Assembly (NCBI RefSeq): GCF_964355755.1
Contig: NC_092673.1
Location: 25,789,648-25,853,647, forward strand
Direction of reading: 5' to 3'
DNA length: 64,000 bases
DNA from: Antedon mediterranea
Lineage: Eukaryota > Animalia > Echinodermata
A program made the position numbers and the translations under genes. Positions 23,801-38,659 of the stretch are shown here, in pieces; within the stretch, counting starts at the first letter, position 1, and each line of letters begins with the position of its first letter. A model generated the notes under the pieces. It saw only the letters and a program-made list of their open reading frames with translations, searched no databases and was not told where the DNA came from.

Positions 23801-26800
23801 GAAAGAGTTGAAAACTTGTTATTTCAAGCAATGTTGTTAGTAAGCACTGCTGATAATGATAGAAATTTGCGCTAAAATGTTAATAGAAGCATTCACTTTG
23901 CAAAATACTTTATTGAAAAATAGAAAAATATTTAAAATGAATTAAACTAAATGTGAAATAAAATGTTTGTTTTTGTAATTAACTCATGCCTATGGTTTGG
24001 AATAATCTTCCGTTTATCAAAGTTTTTTTTTTTATTTGCTTAGAATAGAATATTTTTATTTATTTATTTGCCAAAAGCGTCGTCATAAATATTCAATTGT
24101 AATTAAAAACTTGAGTGTTATGGTTATATTGCACTAAATTGGCTATGTTGTCATTTCTTATTTGATTTTGCGTTACAGTAGAACAGTACACAGATTCAGC
24201 TATGATGTTGATGTTGTTGTTACGTGGGTATAGCTAGGTCAGTAGGAGGTGTTGTACAAATACAAATAGCAATGAAAATCTTCAATATATTCAATATAAT
24301 TTATTGTTTACTAGTTTACTATACAGGAAGTTATAATTGATCTCGACTTCCGGCCAAGCAGTAATTACTGAAAATTATACAGGTACAGTATATTGAATTG
24401 TCTATGTTTTCAAATGTTGCTTTAATTTGCACATCTAGGAGTTGCTCTAGGAGCGAGCGATCCACCTAAATCCAGCTAAAATTATAAATTGTTGACCGAC
24501 ACTATTAGTTTTAGCTGGGGAGATCAGACTTTCAGTACTGTTGGGCCTAGGCTAGGCTAGGCTCTGGAACAATCTGCCTATACATATTAGAAACTCGACA
24601 TACAGTTCTAAGTCACTTCTAAAACTTTTTCTGATTTTTCTTTTTTAATTTTGTGTTACAGTGGTACAGTACATAGATTCGACTATGATGTTGTTACGTG
24701 GGTATAGCTAGTTCAGTAGGAGGTTCCAATTGTTGTTAAAAATGGAACGATTAATAGTATTATCATTAGTAGCATGCGATGTGGCAATGAGAATATTGTG
24801 GCAATGTTTATATTGTTTAATTGTCTGAAATAATAAATGAATAATAATTTTATTTAAACAAAGAATAATGAAACAAACCTGAAAGGGGGGGGGGGAATCA
24901 TTTTTATCTCTCCAAAAAAATTGATATGAGCGTATAATGATTACATGCATTTAAATAGTTACTAAACAATAGGTTTTTATATTTGTTGAGTGTTGGATGG
25001 ATGGTCCCACTGTACAGTATATCTACTGGATGCATCTTACTGGTCATTATACACTAAATTTTGTTTAAATGTATTTTTTTTATAAAGGTCAAAGGTGTTT
25101 TTGAAAGAGTGAACATTAACCATCTTAATAGCCACCGTTAAGACATTTGGGCGACTGTTTTAAAAGAAATTTAAAACAAGTACTGTAGATGCAGGATATC
25201 AATTGTATAACTTATCCCACACCTTTTAAACTCAAATTTGTAAATTTATAATCTGTTTATACCACGCCTAGAGTTGGGTAACCAAGTGGTTAGGACACTT
25301 GACTGTCGTACAGAAAGACCCAGTTTACTCGGCTGTAAATGAGTACCTGGTTGAAAAGTAATAGAGAAGGACAAAAAGGTGGTGTGTAATGGAACTTAGC
25401 ACCCTACCACATAATTCCAAGGCTTAATAAAAATAATAATAATAGTGATAAATACTTTATTTTAACACGGAAATGTTTGTCACCACTAAGGTGTTCTTCT
25501 ACAAGGCTGTGATCAACTTATACATTACTAATTAAACATTTTTTTTTTTTAAAGAGATAAAAATATATAAACAAAAACTTTACTTTTTACATTTAGGGTT
25601 CAAAATAAAATTCTAATTTGTGGCGTTTTAAATTGGTTTTTCTAGAGTACATTCCATAATCTAGCACCAAGATATGAAAAACTTTTACAATGACCTCCTA
25701 AACAGCTCATTTCTATACTAGAATCTGAACAGGAACTTTTCAATGCAAGGTTCTTTTTATTTTTTGACTTTGTATTCTAATTTACTGTGATTTTTAAATT
25801 TAATGTAAACGTGACAATCATACAGTATGACAGTATCTGATCTGGGGGGAGTTTTGGGGGGGTTTTGAAGTAAATTTTTCTCAGAAAACTACTATTTTAA
25901 GGAATTTTAAACATGAAATAATCGTTGAAAAATGATCACATTGTGATGCTATATGATTGTCAACAATACAATAGAACGGATATAATAAACCAAATCTTTC
26001 TATTGTAAAGTAAGAATTTAGGTAACATTTCATAGAGGATATCCTTCATACATATTTTAAATACCTGAATACTCTACAATATTTAGGCCTACCTTTATTC
26101 CTGTAGGATTAAGGATAAAACTTTCTTTGTTATACAAGAAATTGACAAAGACATCTAAACTCTTATCACCAAAACTGTAAGTTCAAATGAGGGTGTACTG
26201 TATATTATATAGCCACAACAAATAAAGGACAGTAGTATTAATTAAAAACAAATGAAGTATTCTATGGGCATTCAGACTTTTGCATACAATTGAAATGGAA
26301 AATCCCTATTTAACTAAATATTATATTATGAAAATACAATTCAAGTTCTAATGTGGGTGTATTTACCCACAACAAATAATAGGGATAGTAGTACAGTAGT
26401 ATTCAAATTTAAACACAAATGAAAGTATGGCATTCCTATGTAATTATACAATTAAAATGGAAAATCCCTATTAAATAACTTAGCTAACAAACTGACAGTT
26501 ACACATGTGTTGTGGTTGTGAAAATATTTTTTTTGTTAAACAGGAAGATCTTGGAATTGTTCAAAGTACAATTTACTTTGTTTTATTTATGCATAAAACA
26601 AATTAATACTACAGTACACTATTTTATCAATGAAACTTGCGTATTTAAAAAAAAATTTACTACAGTACACAGTAAAAGGTAAAGGATACAAACAATTTTG
26701 ACCTGCTATTAAAGAATAGTAAGTAGAAATATGCGCCACCTAGCCCTTTAGCCTGCCGTTGCCTGTTAAAGAGCATATACAGTACAAGACTGCAACCTCT

Positions 26801-29800
26801 TCATGTACTGTAAGTGTCTTTGTGGCACGGCTCCACATTATCTTAACAAACTTATTAAACCATATGTCCCACTATGCAGAGGTCTTCAATCTAAACGGAT
26901 CCTTTTACAGCACATAGAACCAACCTTAAATCCGTGCCTAAGGGCTTCTTTGCACAGGCACCAGAGATCTGGGACCAACTTCCTCCCCTTTTCTAATCAA
27001 ATCTTTCCTAAAAACTCACCTATTTCAATAGTTATTCTTTTCATATTGTGCTGTGAGACTCCTCCGGTAAAGAGCGCTTTATAAATATTTGATATTATCA
27101 TTATTATTAATCATGACTTAATGTAGTCCACTCAGTATCCCCCAAACACGACTTAAATACCTTTATTATTATTATACTTTCTTAGTATACCCTGTATTTT
27201 GCAAGATATTTCTATCCAATGTGTTGAAATAAAGAGATTTAAGACAAATAGAAACTTACAGTATAATAGTACATTGTTTTTCATTATACAGAAGTACTGT
27301 ATTAATTGTTTTATAATTAAATAATAAATTATAATAATAAAGATTATTAATATTATTCCAGTAGTCTAGTAAATCTGAAACAAATAAATAATAAATAATA
27401 AATGCAATGTTTACTATAATCCCTGGTTCAACAACCTCTCATTTATGGGAGTCTTCACAATTTAATGATCGAAACAAATAATACCATATTAGGCATCATA
27501 CCAAAAAGAGAAATAAACTTTAGTTTCATTTTCATAATATTATTCTTAAATTTATTGGAATTGTACCATGATCTTTTTATACAAAATCATGATAAAATAT
27601 TGTTTTTCTTCTTTTTTTTTATTGAAAATATTATTAGCATGATTACAGCTGTTTTGTGAGTTCTATCATCCATCCTTTTGCACTGAAAGTTGCTCTCCAA
27701 TTTACACTACAGTTAACAAGTTCCTGGTCTTTTAGGAATTCATACCATTATTTATCAAAGATTCTGCAGTAAGTTTTTCTCTAAAACACATCTCTAAATC
27801 AGTCACTCCACATTGATTAAAAGTATAATACTACACTATTTATTAATTTAATATTTTTATCATGAAATTAAAAAAAAATAAAAATTGTAAATAGTGCTTT
27901 TCATAATTACCAAATTTTTATATTTTTCATTGAGTCATAGTGGCCTAGGTTGCTTTTGTTTTTCCTGATTTTTGGGGGGTTTTTTTGGTCAAATAAATTA
28001 ATGAAATTAAAATTAATTGTTAATAATTAGAAATTGTATAATATATTGCAAAAAAAAAAAATTTATAGTATGTCTTCTTACTTTATTTAAGCATGTACTA
28101 TTACTTCATTTGATAATGTATTGTTTATAATAATAATAATTAAATATTTATTTTAAAACGGTGGCTCCTTTGAAAGTTTTCATGGCGGAATGATATGTTG
28201 ATATAAAGTTTGCGTTACATCACATACTGTATATAGTTTTGAAAAGAACTGTTGAGTTTCTCTAGGAATAATAATATGCCTAGAATATTCTATGCTAAGA
28301 CCAAAAAGAACCCCCTGAAATTACAGTAGTGCAATTATAAATTATGACTAAATACAATTAGTCGACTTGATTCTGAGAATGTCATAATTTTCTCACCTCC
28401 CAAATGAAGTAATTAGATATTAAGGTATTTTAAATTAGGGTGTTATGTAAATTGAATTAAAATTTAATAGAATTGCAATGCTATGCCAACCCAATATTGT
28501 TTAAATTGTTTTGATTGGTTAATAGGATCATTTTGTGGTAGGACACGCCTATTATACCAAATCCTAAACAAATACATACAGTACATAACACACAATACAT
28601 CACACCATTTTATTACCGGTAATAGTACAATGGAAGGTATTTGAGGATATAAGTTTATCAAAAGATAGTATCAAAATGTACTTTTCAACAATTGTCTCAT
28701 ATTCTAGTTCCAGGACACACCCTTTGATGAGGTGATCTTAAACCAAATTCTAGAATTTTCTGAAGACCATAACAAACATTACACCATCACAAAAATATGG
28801 TATGATGTGAGCAAAATTAATCTTGGTATATAAATTGAAATCGTTACAATTGTCTTGTGGGTGACCACTCCCATTAATGAGGATGTTAGGTGAATCAATA
28901 TTTTAGCATCCTAAAGTGGGTCACACGATGACTGAAATCGCACCAGAGGTTTAGGTCATACGATATCGCACCAGAGGTTTAGGCCACATCTTGTAATGAG
29001 GTTATAGTTTTTAACAAAAACTGCTAAACATATGATTAAAATGTTTTAAACAAATGTTTGTGGTGCCTACCACATATTTACAGTACCGCATTTCTAAGAA
29101 AATCATCTAATTTATTAATTAAGGAGGATTAGGAATAGCTATACATATGTATACTCTATTGTTAAAATATGAGCATGATATTAATAGAACCTAGGTTGAT
29201 TGAATAATTAGAACTATTACATCACATGTGACATTTATAACAATAAATCACGTCATGAAAATCATATAGCACAATGGGAGCTTAATACTTGGAGTGTGGG
29301 ATGTGTCTATTGACTGGGGTCATTGCCTACAACCATTCACATCAGTGTATGATCTGATTTTAAATAGAGGTTGGACTTAACCTTTAGATTGCCTTTTACA
29401 TTGTCCAGACACCATAGTTGCATACACACTGAACAATCATATCGCTCGTAAAAAAAAAATAACACTATTTTCCCTATTCAACTTATTATTTTTATGGTAT
29501 TATATGAGCATTCTTCATTTTATTTATTTAACCTTATTTATAGAGGGTGATCCAAAACATGCTGACAATCTAGGGGCCCTCATAACCCTAGTTTATCCTC
29601 CTGACTGTGGTGGTCTGGAAATCATGGGTTTGAGTCCCACTTTTTGATGCTGCTTGTATCCTTAAGCTATATCTACACTATCAAACTAGTTTGACAAACA
29701 AAGTGTAATGTTCCCAAATATGGTAGTGATATGACATCATGTCCATATATGGAAACATCACATTTTTTTGTCACATAAAGTTTGATAGTGTAGACAGAGC

Positions 29801-32800
29801 TTTAGACAAGATACTTTACTTATGTTTGCCTCTCTCCACCCAGGTGTATAAATGGGTACCTGGTTAGATAAAGACACAACTTTGTGCTGATCTAGCTGCA
29901 TTATTATGAGAGTATATTTCCATACGTGTTTGATTAAAAAAAAGAATGACTGGGGTAATAATGTTCAGTGCTTAGAGGTTTCACAACATTAGGCGCTATA
30001 TAAATCTATGATATTATTATTATACTACATACTGAGCAAGTACATTTTGCATGTCAAAATGCACTCCATACAGTATATCATTATTTCTTTGCTGGACACA
30101 CTGCTTATTGAATTAAGGGTATGTGGCACAGTGTGTTTCTTTGTCAAGAGACTTGCCTCTTTCCGCCCAGTTGTATATGGGTACCCAGTAGGGTCTAAAA
30201 TCACAATTGCACTGATTACTAGCTGCATACTGTATTTATGAGAGCAGTTCCTACATGTTTGATCCAATGACCGAGGGAATTATTAATATGAAGTGCTTAA
30301 AAGCTTTGAGCATTAAGCGTTATATAAGATTGATATTAAATCCCCATCTGTACTGTAGGTAGTATGATTCCAGGCTAGTGATATGTATATTGTTGCTATG
30401 TTTTCAATCATAACAATTTTCCTTTTTAAAAATAAATCACAAACAATAGTATGATTATTTAATGCTATTGTATTGCTGGGAGGTGAGGTGGTCCAGAAGG
30501 CTATTCTCTTGTTGTAAATAGTACACAAATCACACCCCTTATCAAAATATTTTGAAATTTGATAGTTCTGTGTTTTGGTGATGAATAACAAAAGAATCAC
30601 AATTTTAACATTCAAGAGGAACTAAATCACGGAATTTCCAAATCAAACGCACATTCTTATATTTTCAAAGATATTTTGTTGGGTGTTACATCAGGCGTAT
30701 AATTTGTCAATAGTATGACCAGGTTGATATTTCATTTGCACCTTCAGGGGCTTTTTAACAAAAGATTGGTACATGACTCATACTACTATCAAACCCTGGT
30801 AGACAGAAAGAACGCTCTCTTTATTCCCTTCTTTTACACCTATAGTTTTGGCTGATGCAAACTTTCCTTCAAGTTCAATATGCAAATCAGGACCAATCCT
30901 TATACGTGCAGACGGTAAGAGGTATCTTGTTTTTTTTTCTATTTTTAGCAAATTTTGTGTCTTCATGTTGACATCATATTTCAAATTATCCATGCCATTC
31001 GATTGGTTGATTACATATCATGCATTATTTGAATACATCCCGATTGGAAGTTAATTTTTTTGTTAGAAATATTTGTTTACAAAGCTAATATAGGATTATG
31101 AATTTTTTTAATAATGTAAAGTGCGCCATCTACAATATAACAGCTATTCGCTGCCAAATAATGAATGCCATATTTATTTATGAGTCTTCAACATTCGATT
31201 CAAGATGGAAGCAGTGGTGGCGCCAGAATGTGCCTCCGCCGGAGGTCGAAGGGGTGGCATGTTTGCCAAGCATCCATTTGCTGGATTATAATTAGACATT
31301 CTCCTCTTAATCCATAAGGCATGGATTATATTACACCACATTGTATGAGCAATGCTGTAGCTTTGTTTAGTTCTTAAATTTGAATTTAAAACATTTTTTT
31401 TTAATAGGCAATGATATTCCAGGCCTTCTGAAGGCAATTTTGACACTTCTACCATTAGACACCTATGTCGATCAACCTGTAAGTGTGATCTTGTGCATTT
31501 GATCATATATTAAACTATTTTAATTTCACGACATGCCACTAGACTACCACATTTAGTAGTAATCAATCACAGTCCTACCATATAAGTGGTAATCCCCCAC
31601 ACACATATATTTCTGAGAATTATGTTTTGATGCAATAGCTACAGTATAGCCTTGTAGTTATTCTTGACATTCGAAAATTGTTACTGTAGCATTAGGTAGA
31701 CTTGTAATGGAATAAAGTAAAGTAAACAATATCAATTTGTACCGTAAATTTTAAAATGTATTAAATTATTCTGAGCGGCCAAACCTAATTTAATTTTAAC
31801 TACTGCTGCTTTTTCAATTATCTAAATTTGCAGAAATATCATACCCTGAAATAGTATAGCAATTTTTTGTTAGTACCCATGAGAGTACTTATGTACTTAA
31901 AATGGTTTGTTGAGCTTAAGATTTATACCATAAAAAACTAAATATTGATCTTATTTTAGGTGAATTCTAACTCGGTCAAGCTCTTTCTACACTATCAAAC
32001 TAGTTTTTAAAAAGAAGTGTGATGTGCCCAAATATGGTAGTGATGTGCCCAAATATGTATACCTTTATAATAAAAAAACAGCATTTAAAACATAAGAATA
32101 AGTAACAAATATACGTTTTATTTTTAATGGGATCATTTCAATTAGGCCTGGATTGAAACAAAAAAAAAATGATTTCTAGTTAATCTTATAAAGTAACATA
32201 TATGTGTTCATAAACTAATATTCATTACTTAAATTACTATTAAAAACAATTTTTTTTTTATATAATAATAAATATAACATATATCCGGTAGTAAATAGTT
32301 AATTATCAGTCTATTAGTATTTTAGGAAAAGCTATAAATACGCATTTTTACAAGCTTATAGATATTGAACAAATATAATAAGTGTTTGTTTATGAGTCTA
32401 TTATTTGTATTAAAATTCCCTAATTTTTCAGGAAAAGTACACATACACACTTACTGTTTGTGTGTAGGATGTTAATGATTATTCTGTTTAAACTCTGGAT
32501 AATATTTTGTTATAGTATAAATGTACACATCTATTCTGTTTGTTTGGAAGTATATTGTAGTATTGGTGGATGTTAGGAAGTTTAAATTTAATTTAGTATA
32601 CTGGCAGGGCAGATCAAGGATTTTCTTTTAATATGAAAAGCTAAGATAATAGATATAAAAAAAAGTAGTGCATAATGTCATTTTAGCTGTCAAAGGGGTA
32701 TGCGCATGACACAAACGCTACCCCTTTGCAGGGGTTATTCACCAACCTTCAGTTTGGGATGGTAAATGAAGGTAGGTTGTAACAGGTTTGGAAATGTCTC

Positions 32801-35800
32801 CTTCGTCTACAGTTCCAAAACGAAACAGTATGTCATACTTTGCATTGTGATAAGGTGAAAAAGTTAAAGAAAAGAAAATAAACTGTAAATGTATGCAAAA
32901 AAAAGATACAATAGAAATTACCAAATGTGTCAATCCTCCATACTGTGACAGTTTATTGAAATTGGAACAAAATCAGGGACAAATTTGAAGAAAAGAAAAC
33001 TTTCAGTTGATTAAATCCAGTGACTCATTCATATCTATAAATGTATTTAACTATACAACAGGAACAATATAAGTGTGTCAAGCCTGTATTTCGATTGTTT
33101 GCAGGTTTTTAGGAAGTGTGTGTAGGTAAAAGGAAAACATAATATAAATATTTTGATTAAGCACTGTTCTGTCAGACGCAGTTAGTCAATTAGATTCTTG
33201 GAATACGATTAGGTGTAAGGGACTATTGGTATACTCCTACGCCAGTCATTGAACCCATTGTATTTTGTATATTAAGAAAATAGAATATAAGCTTCATGTG
33301 GAAAAAACTTATTCAATTACTAATTTAACCTTTAAAATTAGTGTGAATAATAGTAAATACCTGTACTATCACTCTATCATGACACTTCCGGGCTGGGTGG
33401 TATCAGGTCCACCCCCTTGATCAATGGACCAGATGCCTGCATGAGTTGACCTTGTTATTTATTATGACAATGCAATATTACTATTTAATGAAATGGGTAA
33501 ATAAAAAAAAAGAATTGGTATATTGGCATATACTGTAGGTACTGCTGATAAAGTATCATATTTGAGTGACCTCTGTATTAACAACTATAATATGTTGATT
33601 CCTATTAAAAGTTATGAAATATGTTTTACCAGGAAGAGTTAAATTTATTTCACTCTTCACTGGTTTTACATCCCATACATTGCATTTGTTACTGCTGGAA
33701 AAGTTCTGGAAATTGACTACAAAGGCATTATAAGTTATATCAATTTGTGTTTTTACAATATAGTAAAACCCGTCCTTTGGAACACCCCTATGCAAGAGAC
33801 ACCACAAAAGGAACAATTTCCCATGAGGAGCAAAATACTTTTTAATTTAGAGGACACTACACTCTATAAAGAAATATTTGGGTCCTGAGGGTATCCCCAT
33901 AATAGTTGTTCTAATGTACATTACCACAGTAACCATTCCTAACTCAATCCTATAGTTTGCCCTGATGGGATCAAATATATCTGAATCCAACCAATCTAGA
34001 TGCTGTTCCTCTTCATATGTTTGAGTATGGTAGCCAGAATTTAGATTGTACGAAGATAATGTTTCTTTGAAATGTTTACACTGGTAAATTACTTTATGTT
34101 TGATCAAGGATATAGACAAATACTATTCATTAATTCACAAGTACAGTAGTTAACCAGTAAAATCCCTATGTTATGAATGATATTTCTGTAGCGCTTTAAA
34201 AGGGAACTTATTTTAGAACACTCTTTCTGCTTTACCACCCATGACGAATAAAGTGGAGTTTATAGTTATTATCAATTGTGTAGCAAAGCTTTATATTTAT
34301 ATTTTATAATAAGCAAGAACCTTTTAATACCTAGAGTCACCCTTTAATAAATGTACATTTTAGACATACCCTTCTTTTTGGGCATCTCTACTCAAGGAAC
34401 ATTCCTAGTAAGGTCGTTAATAATAAGGATTCTACTGTTCATTATCATAGGTATTGTTCTTTTTATTGTCATCAAAAAGACGTGGCAATTATCATAAGGG
34501 CGTGTGGCGCAGTTTGTTGGACGTTGGTTTAATGATCGTGAAGTCATGGGTTCAAATCCAACACTGATTATTAGCTGCATTAATGGGAATATGTTTACAT
34601 ACATTTTTGATGCCAAAAATTGAATAAAATGGGTTAATGTCTAATAACATTATGCACTTTATATAACTCCAGGATATTATTATGAAATAAAATGAACACA
34701 ATCTTCATATTTTAATTTCAGGCAGTGGTGATGCAGTTAGTGGATAGTGATGCTCAGCGACAGTTAAAAACCCCTGTTTGGGAAATATATAAAGAAATGT
34801 TAACAGAGGCAGAAGGTAGACAGGTAATAATAATATCAACTTTTCCCTGTTTACTGTGATAAGGAATGTCACATGAAATTAAGATTATAATATCCAGTAG
34901 TTTCTATGAAGGGATGGATGAGTCATGCACCTTTGTAGTGCATGCATAATATTATACTGTCCTCCTCTTCTTCTCATGTGTCAGTGCTTCCTCTCTCCCA
35001 TATGCCTCGCCTGTATCCCCGGGTATTACACGTACCTCACATCATTCACTACCTCCTGCCTCGCATATGGTAGTGCCTTATCTCTTGCATAAGGAATACC
35101 TTCTCCCTTACATATGGAATGCTTCTCCTTACATATGGATTGCCCACTACAATGATAAGTAGGCACATTCTTCAGTGGGAGATGGAACACTTGACCTGAT
35201 TTTAAGTACAGTATTGTAATAGCGGAAATTTAATCTGTTTATTGACCACTGATCAATAAAAACAATTTATTTCTGATGACTTTACCACAAAATGAGACAT
35301 TGTTTTTAATGTGACCTTCAGTTTACTATGTAATAATTGTTTATATAGTAGTAGGGGGAAAAAAGATATCATTTTAGAACAATGTGTGATTTTTAGTTGT
35401 TTATTTATTAACAAATATTAATAAATGTTCCTGTTTTCTGTTCTGTATTTCTAATCTTGAAATGTTTGTATTTCTTCTAGATAATAATTCAGATTATTAG
35501 AAAATGCAGTAGGGTCTATAAACCCACCCCTTGTTGCACTTTCCCATAATAAACATTAATATATAATCTTTAAAACACCATAATATTCAGAATGAAAATG
35601 TCTTACTATTTATACACAAAATAAATTCAATAGTGAATCAGTAGTGTCTAATTTCAATTAATTGTTTTGATTTGTATTTTTCTATTTCTAGATAGAATTG
35701 AGAAAGGTTGAACGATTCAAGTTTTATGATCGAGCACGAACAGCTTTTGCTGTTGTAGCAACAGGGTATTTAGAATTTTCTCAAAAAGTATTTTCTATTT

Positions 35801-36078
35801 AATTTATTTAATAATTAACATTGTTATTATATTTGTTGTCATTAACTTGAATAGTACTTTATCAAATAATAGTAATAGTTGCAGGGGCTACACTTGATTA
35901 GCTAATTGCAATTTCCTAATCAAATATTATTATTATGTACAATGAAATTTATTTTACTATTCTCCATATTGTCTTTAGTTTTTTTTAATTTAATTTTTGG
36001 TTTTTGTTTAATTTCAGAGAAAAGGCTTTGTATGGTAATCTGATTTTGAAGAAAGGTGTCATATCCTCTTCACAATGA
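20825..36078 (+). CDS. FUOM: Fucose mutarotase (RbsD/FucU family), 153 aa. Exons 20825-20909, 30846-30914, 31408-31478, 34722-34823, 35692-35765, 36018-36078
   Basis: Spliced ORF MVVLKNIPSIISPELLYALAQMGHGDEIVLADANFPSSSICKSGPILIRADGNDIPGLLKAILTLLPLDTYVDQPAVVMQLVDSD...[39 protein letters not shown]. Diagnostic MGHGDEIVLADANFP and [10 protein letters not shown] motifs; all introns GT-AG and in frame. Confidence 0.95.
22373..22411 (+). ncRNA. Candidate minimal hammerhead ribozyme variant of the Penelope-retroelement type
   Basis: TTGAGAAA core, stem II GCCAA...TTGGC, then GAAACGTC and AGG, followed by AATAAA. Confidence 0.45.
26745..27110 (+). mobile_element. Degenerate L2-like LINE 3' fragment
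   Basis: Frameshifted translation LPVKEHIQYK...KCLCGTAPHYL...APEIWDQLP...LKTHLF, followed by AGCGCTTTATAAAT and an (ATT)n tail. Confidence 0.7.
29605..30022 (+). mobile_element. tRNA-SINE family D copy interrupted by a family A MITE (29665-29801, TTA duplication)
   Basis: B-box-like GGTTTGAGTCC, core CTCTCCACCCAGGTGTATAAATGGGTACC and tail AGCGCTATATAAAT-(ATT)n. An uninterrupted site is at 47053-47245. Confidence 0.7.
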
Positions 36079-38659
36079 AATCAAATCTACTATCAGTATT
36101 ATGGGGTACTAAAATTCCATTCTACATTACATTTATTTCTCAACAATATACAACATAATTTTATTTACTGAAGAAAAGCATTAATTGTGGGCCAAAACAA
36201 AAAAAGAAAGATTATACTGTAAGAACAGAAGAAAATAATAACGAATAAAAATAAAATGTTTATTTTACTTGTACAACAATGGTAAAATGTTGTCTCTAAA
36301 AAAGACTATATAGTACATATACTGTTTGTTCGATAAATGTTAGTTTAATAATCTGATGAGAGACAATCATACTATATAAATATAAAATATGAAATTGTTT
36401 AAAGCAGAAATTGTTGTACCTAATCTTATTTTCACATTTAAATTTCTTTGAATTAAAACTTGCTTAATTATGGTCAACATAATTTAGTATTAAGATTTAA
36501 AATCCTAAATTGATGACATAATTTATTTTAAATTAGTGAATCTAAAAAGAAAAATAGTTAATCTAAATTCTAAAATTGTTTATTTTTAGTTTAGTTATAT
36601 GTAAACTTAAATTAATTATATAACTTATGTTAAAATCTGATTTCCAAATACTTTAGGTGCTAATGTCACCATGAGTTTAATTTATACAAGTATAAAATAT
36701 ATATATTAAATTATAAAAAAATGATGATTATAAAAATATTTATAATAAAATGTAAATCGGAATATACAATAATGTAGTTGTGAAATTTATAACTCTATAG
36801 TCATGTCTCAACCATAGCATTAAAACAAACATTTAAAAGGCATTGATTCACACAGTAGAACTTATTTGGGACTTATTAGTAAGGCTACACTTTCATATGA
36901 AACAAATGGACAATATATGTTTTAACATGACAGCCAATATACGTTTTAACATGAAGGCAGGAGATACCTTATTAAGGAACACTCTATTGAATCGCAAAAG
37001 TGTCGCCATATATGGGTTCTGCTGTAGTTAAAAGTTTTAGCACCAAACTACCTTGATATTGACTTATAATGTTTTTTTATAAATGTTATCATTGATCACA
37101 AAAAAGAGGAAATTGATGCATGCACATGATTTAACCAGCTGGTCTATGGGTGTCACCATGAAAGTAATGGTATCAGAAACAAAAAATGATATAAACCAAA
37201 AAAAGTTATGTGGTGTTACCATAATTCAAAGGAACAGGCACGCAGAGTGAGGTATTGTTATTCAATTCAAAGAACATTATAAGCGTCCAAAAGACAAAAA
37301 GTAACAAAAACAACAATGGCAAGAGATAATTAAGAAAATGGACGAAGGCAGATCCCAGAAAGATGAGAATCTTGTGACAGGATTGACTTCACAAATTAAT
37401 TAAAAATAGAAAATTATAAAAAAAATAAATAATTTGTTAAAAATGAAATTTAAAAAATATAATAACACCGGTGGATAAAAGTTTGAAAAAATAACGTAAA
37501 AATGATGAGCAGAAAAAAGTACAGCTGCAGGGCATAGTAATGAATATGATGACAAAATAAATACTGTAATTCAATCTTTACAGAACTACCATGGGACACC
37601 AGGGAGGAGATGCTGCTATACACAATGAAGAAGACATGTCATGGGTGTCAAAAGAACACTCTTTTTAAAGAATATATAAACTCTAAATGTTATTTATTGA
37701 TCATTGATCAACTGAAACAGAATAATAATAATCATCCAGAGAAATGTTTTCATACAACTAAAAAATATGGAATTTTCGCCAATGAGCTATGCTCGACGCG
37801 ATTATGAGATCATGTTCCGAATATGAGCATTTTTTCTATAATTTGACAGTATGATTTATATATAATAATCATAGTTGTTTATGAGCCACACTCATAAATT
37901 GTACATTGTTGCATTTATGATTTTAAGGCCACACATAGTTTTTATCTTTAGGGCGATGACTTTTAAAGCTGTAATATAATTTTATAATCATTATTTTACA
38001 GAACATCCTTTTCATTTTTATTTGTTTCATAAATTTCAAAAAGAAAAACCCACACACCAAATATGGACATTTTTATATGAAAGAAGAAACTTATCCTGAA
38101 TTCCTCATAGTGCAGACCACTGATCATTTTTTAAATATAATATTACATGATAATGTACTAAAATACCTTTCAAACAGGAAAAATAAATAGATATTAATAG
38201 TAATACAATATATTTAAATAGATGCCACAGACCAAGGTTATCAAACCACATTTGATAGCCCAATACAAACCAATTTTAAGGACATCCTTCTATGGGAAAA
38301 CCTGTGATTCCACCCTTCTTCTGGTTTCAAGGCGATGGAGAACCAGACATAATTCATTATGTTATTCATAATCATAAATATAAATCATATATCATTTTTC
38401 ATCAATCATGTGTAAAGTGGCGTAACGTGAGGCCCCTGGTTTAAGAACCCTAAATCCTCGGGCGTTTTTGGCCTTTTTCGACATTATTAATGCCTGTTTT
38501 TTCCTCTGGTCACTGCTCATGGGCCCGTGAAAATTATTATATCATGTATAATGTTTAAGGTATAATTTATTATGTGTAATGTTAAATGTATAATATATTA
38601 GTTTAACTCAGTTAGTGAAGGATCTGGACCAACAGGTGGTAAACACCTCTAAAACGGTC

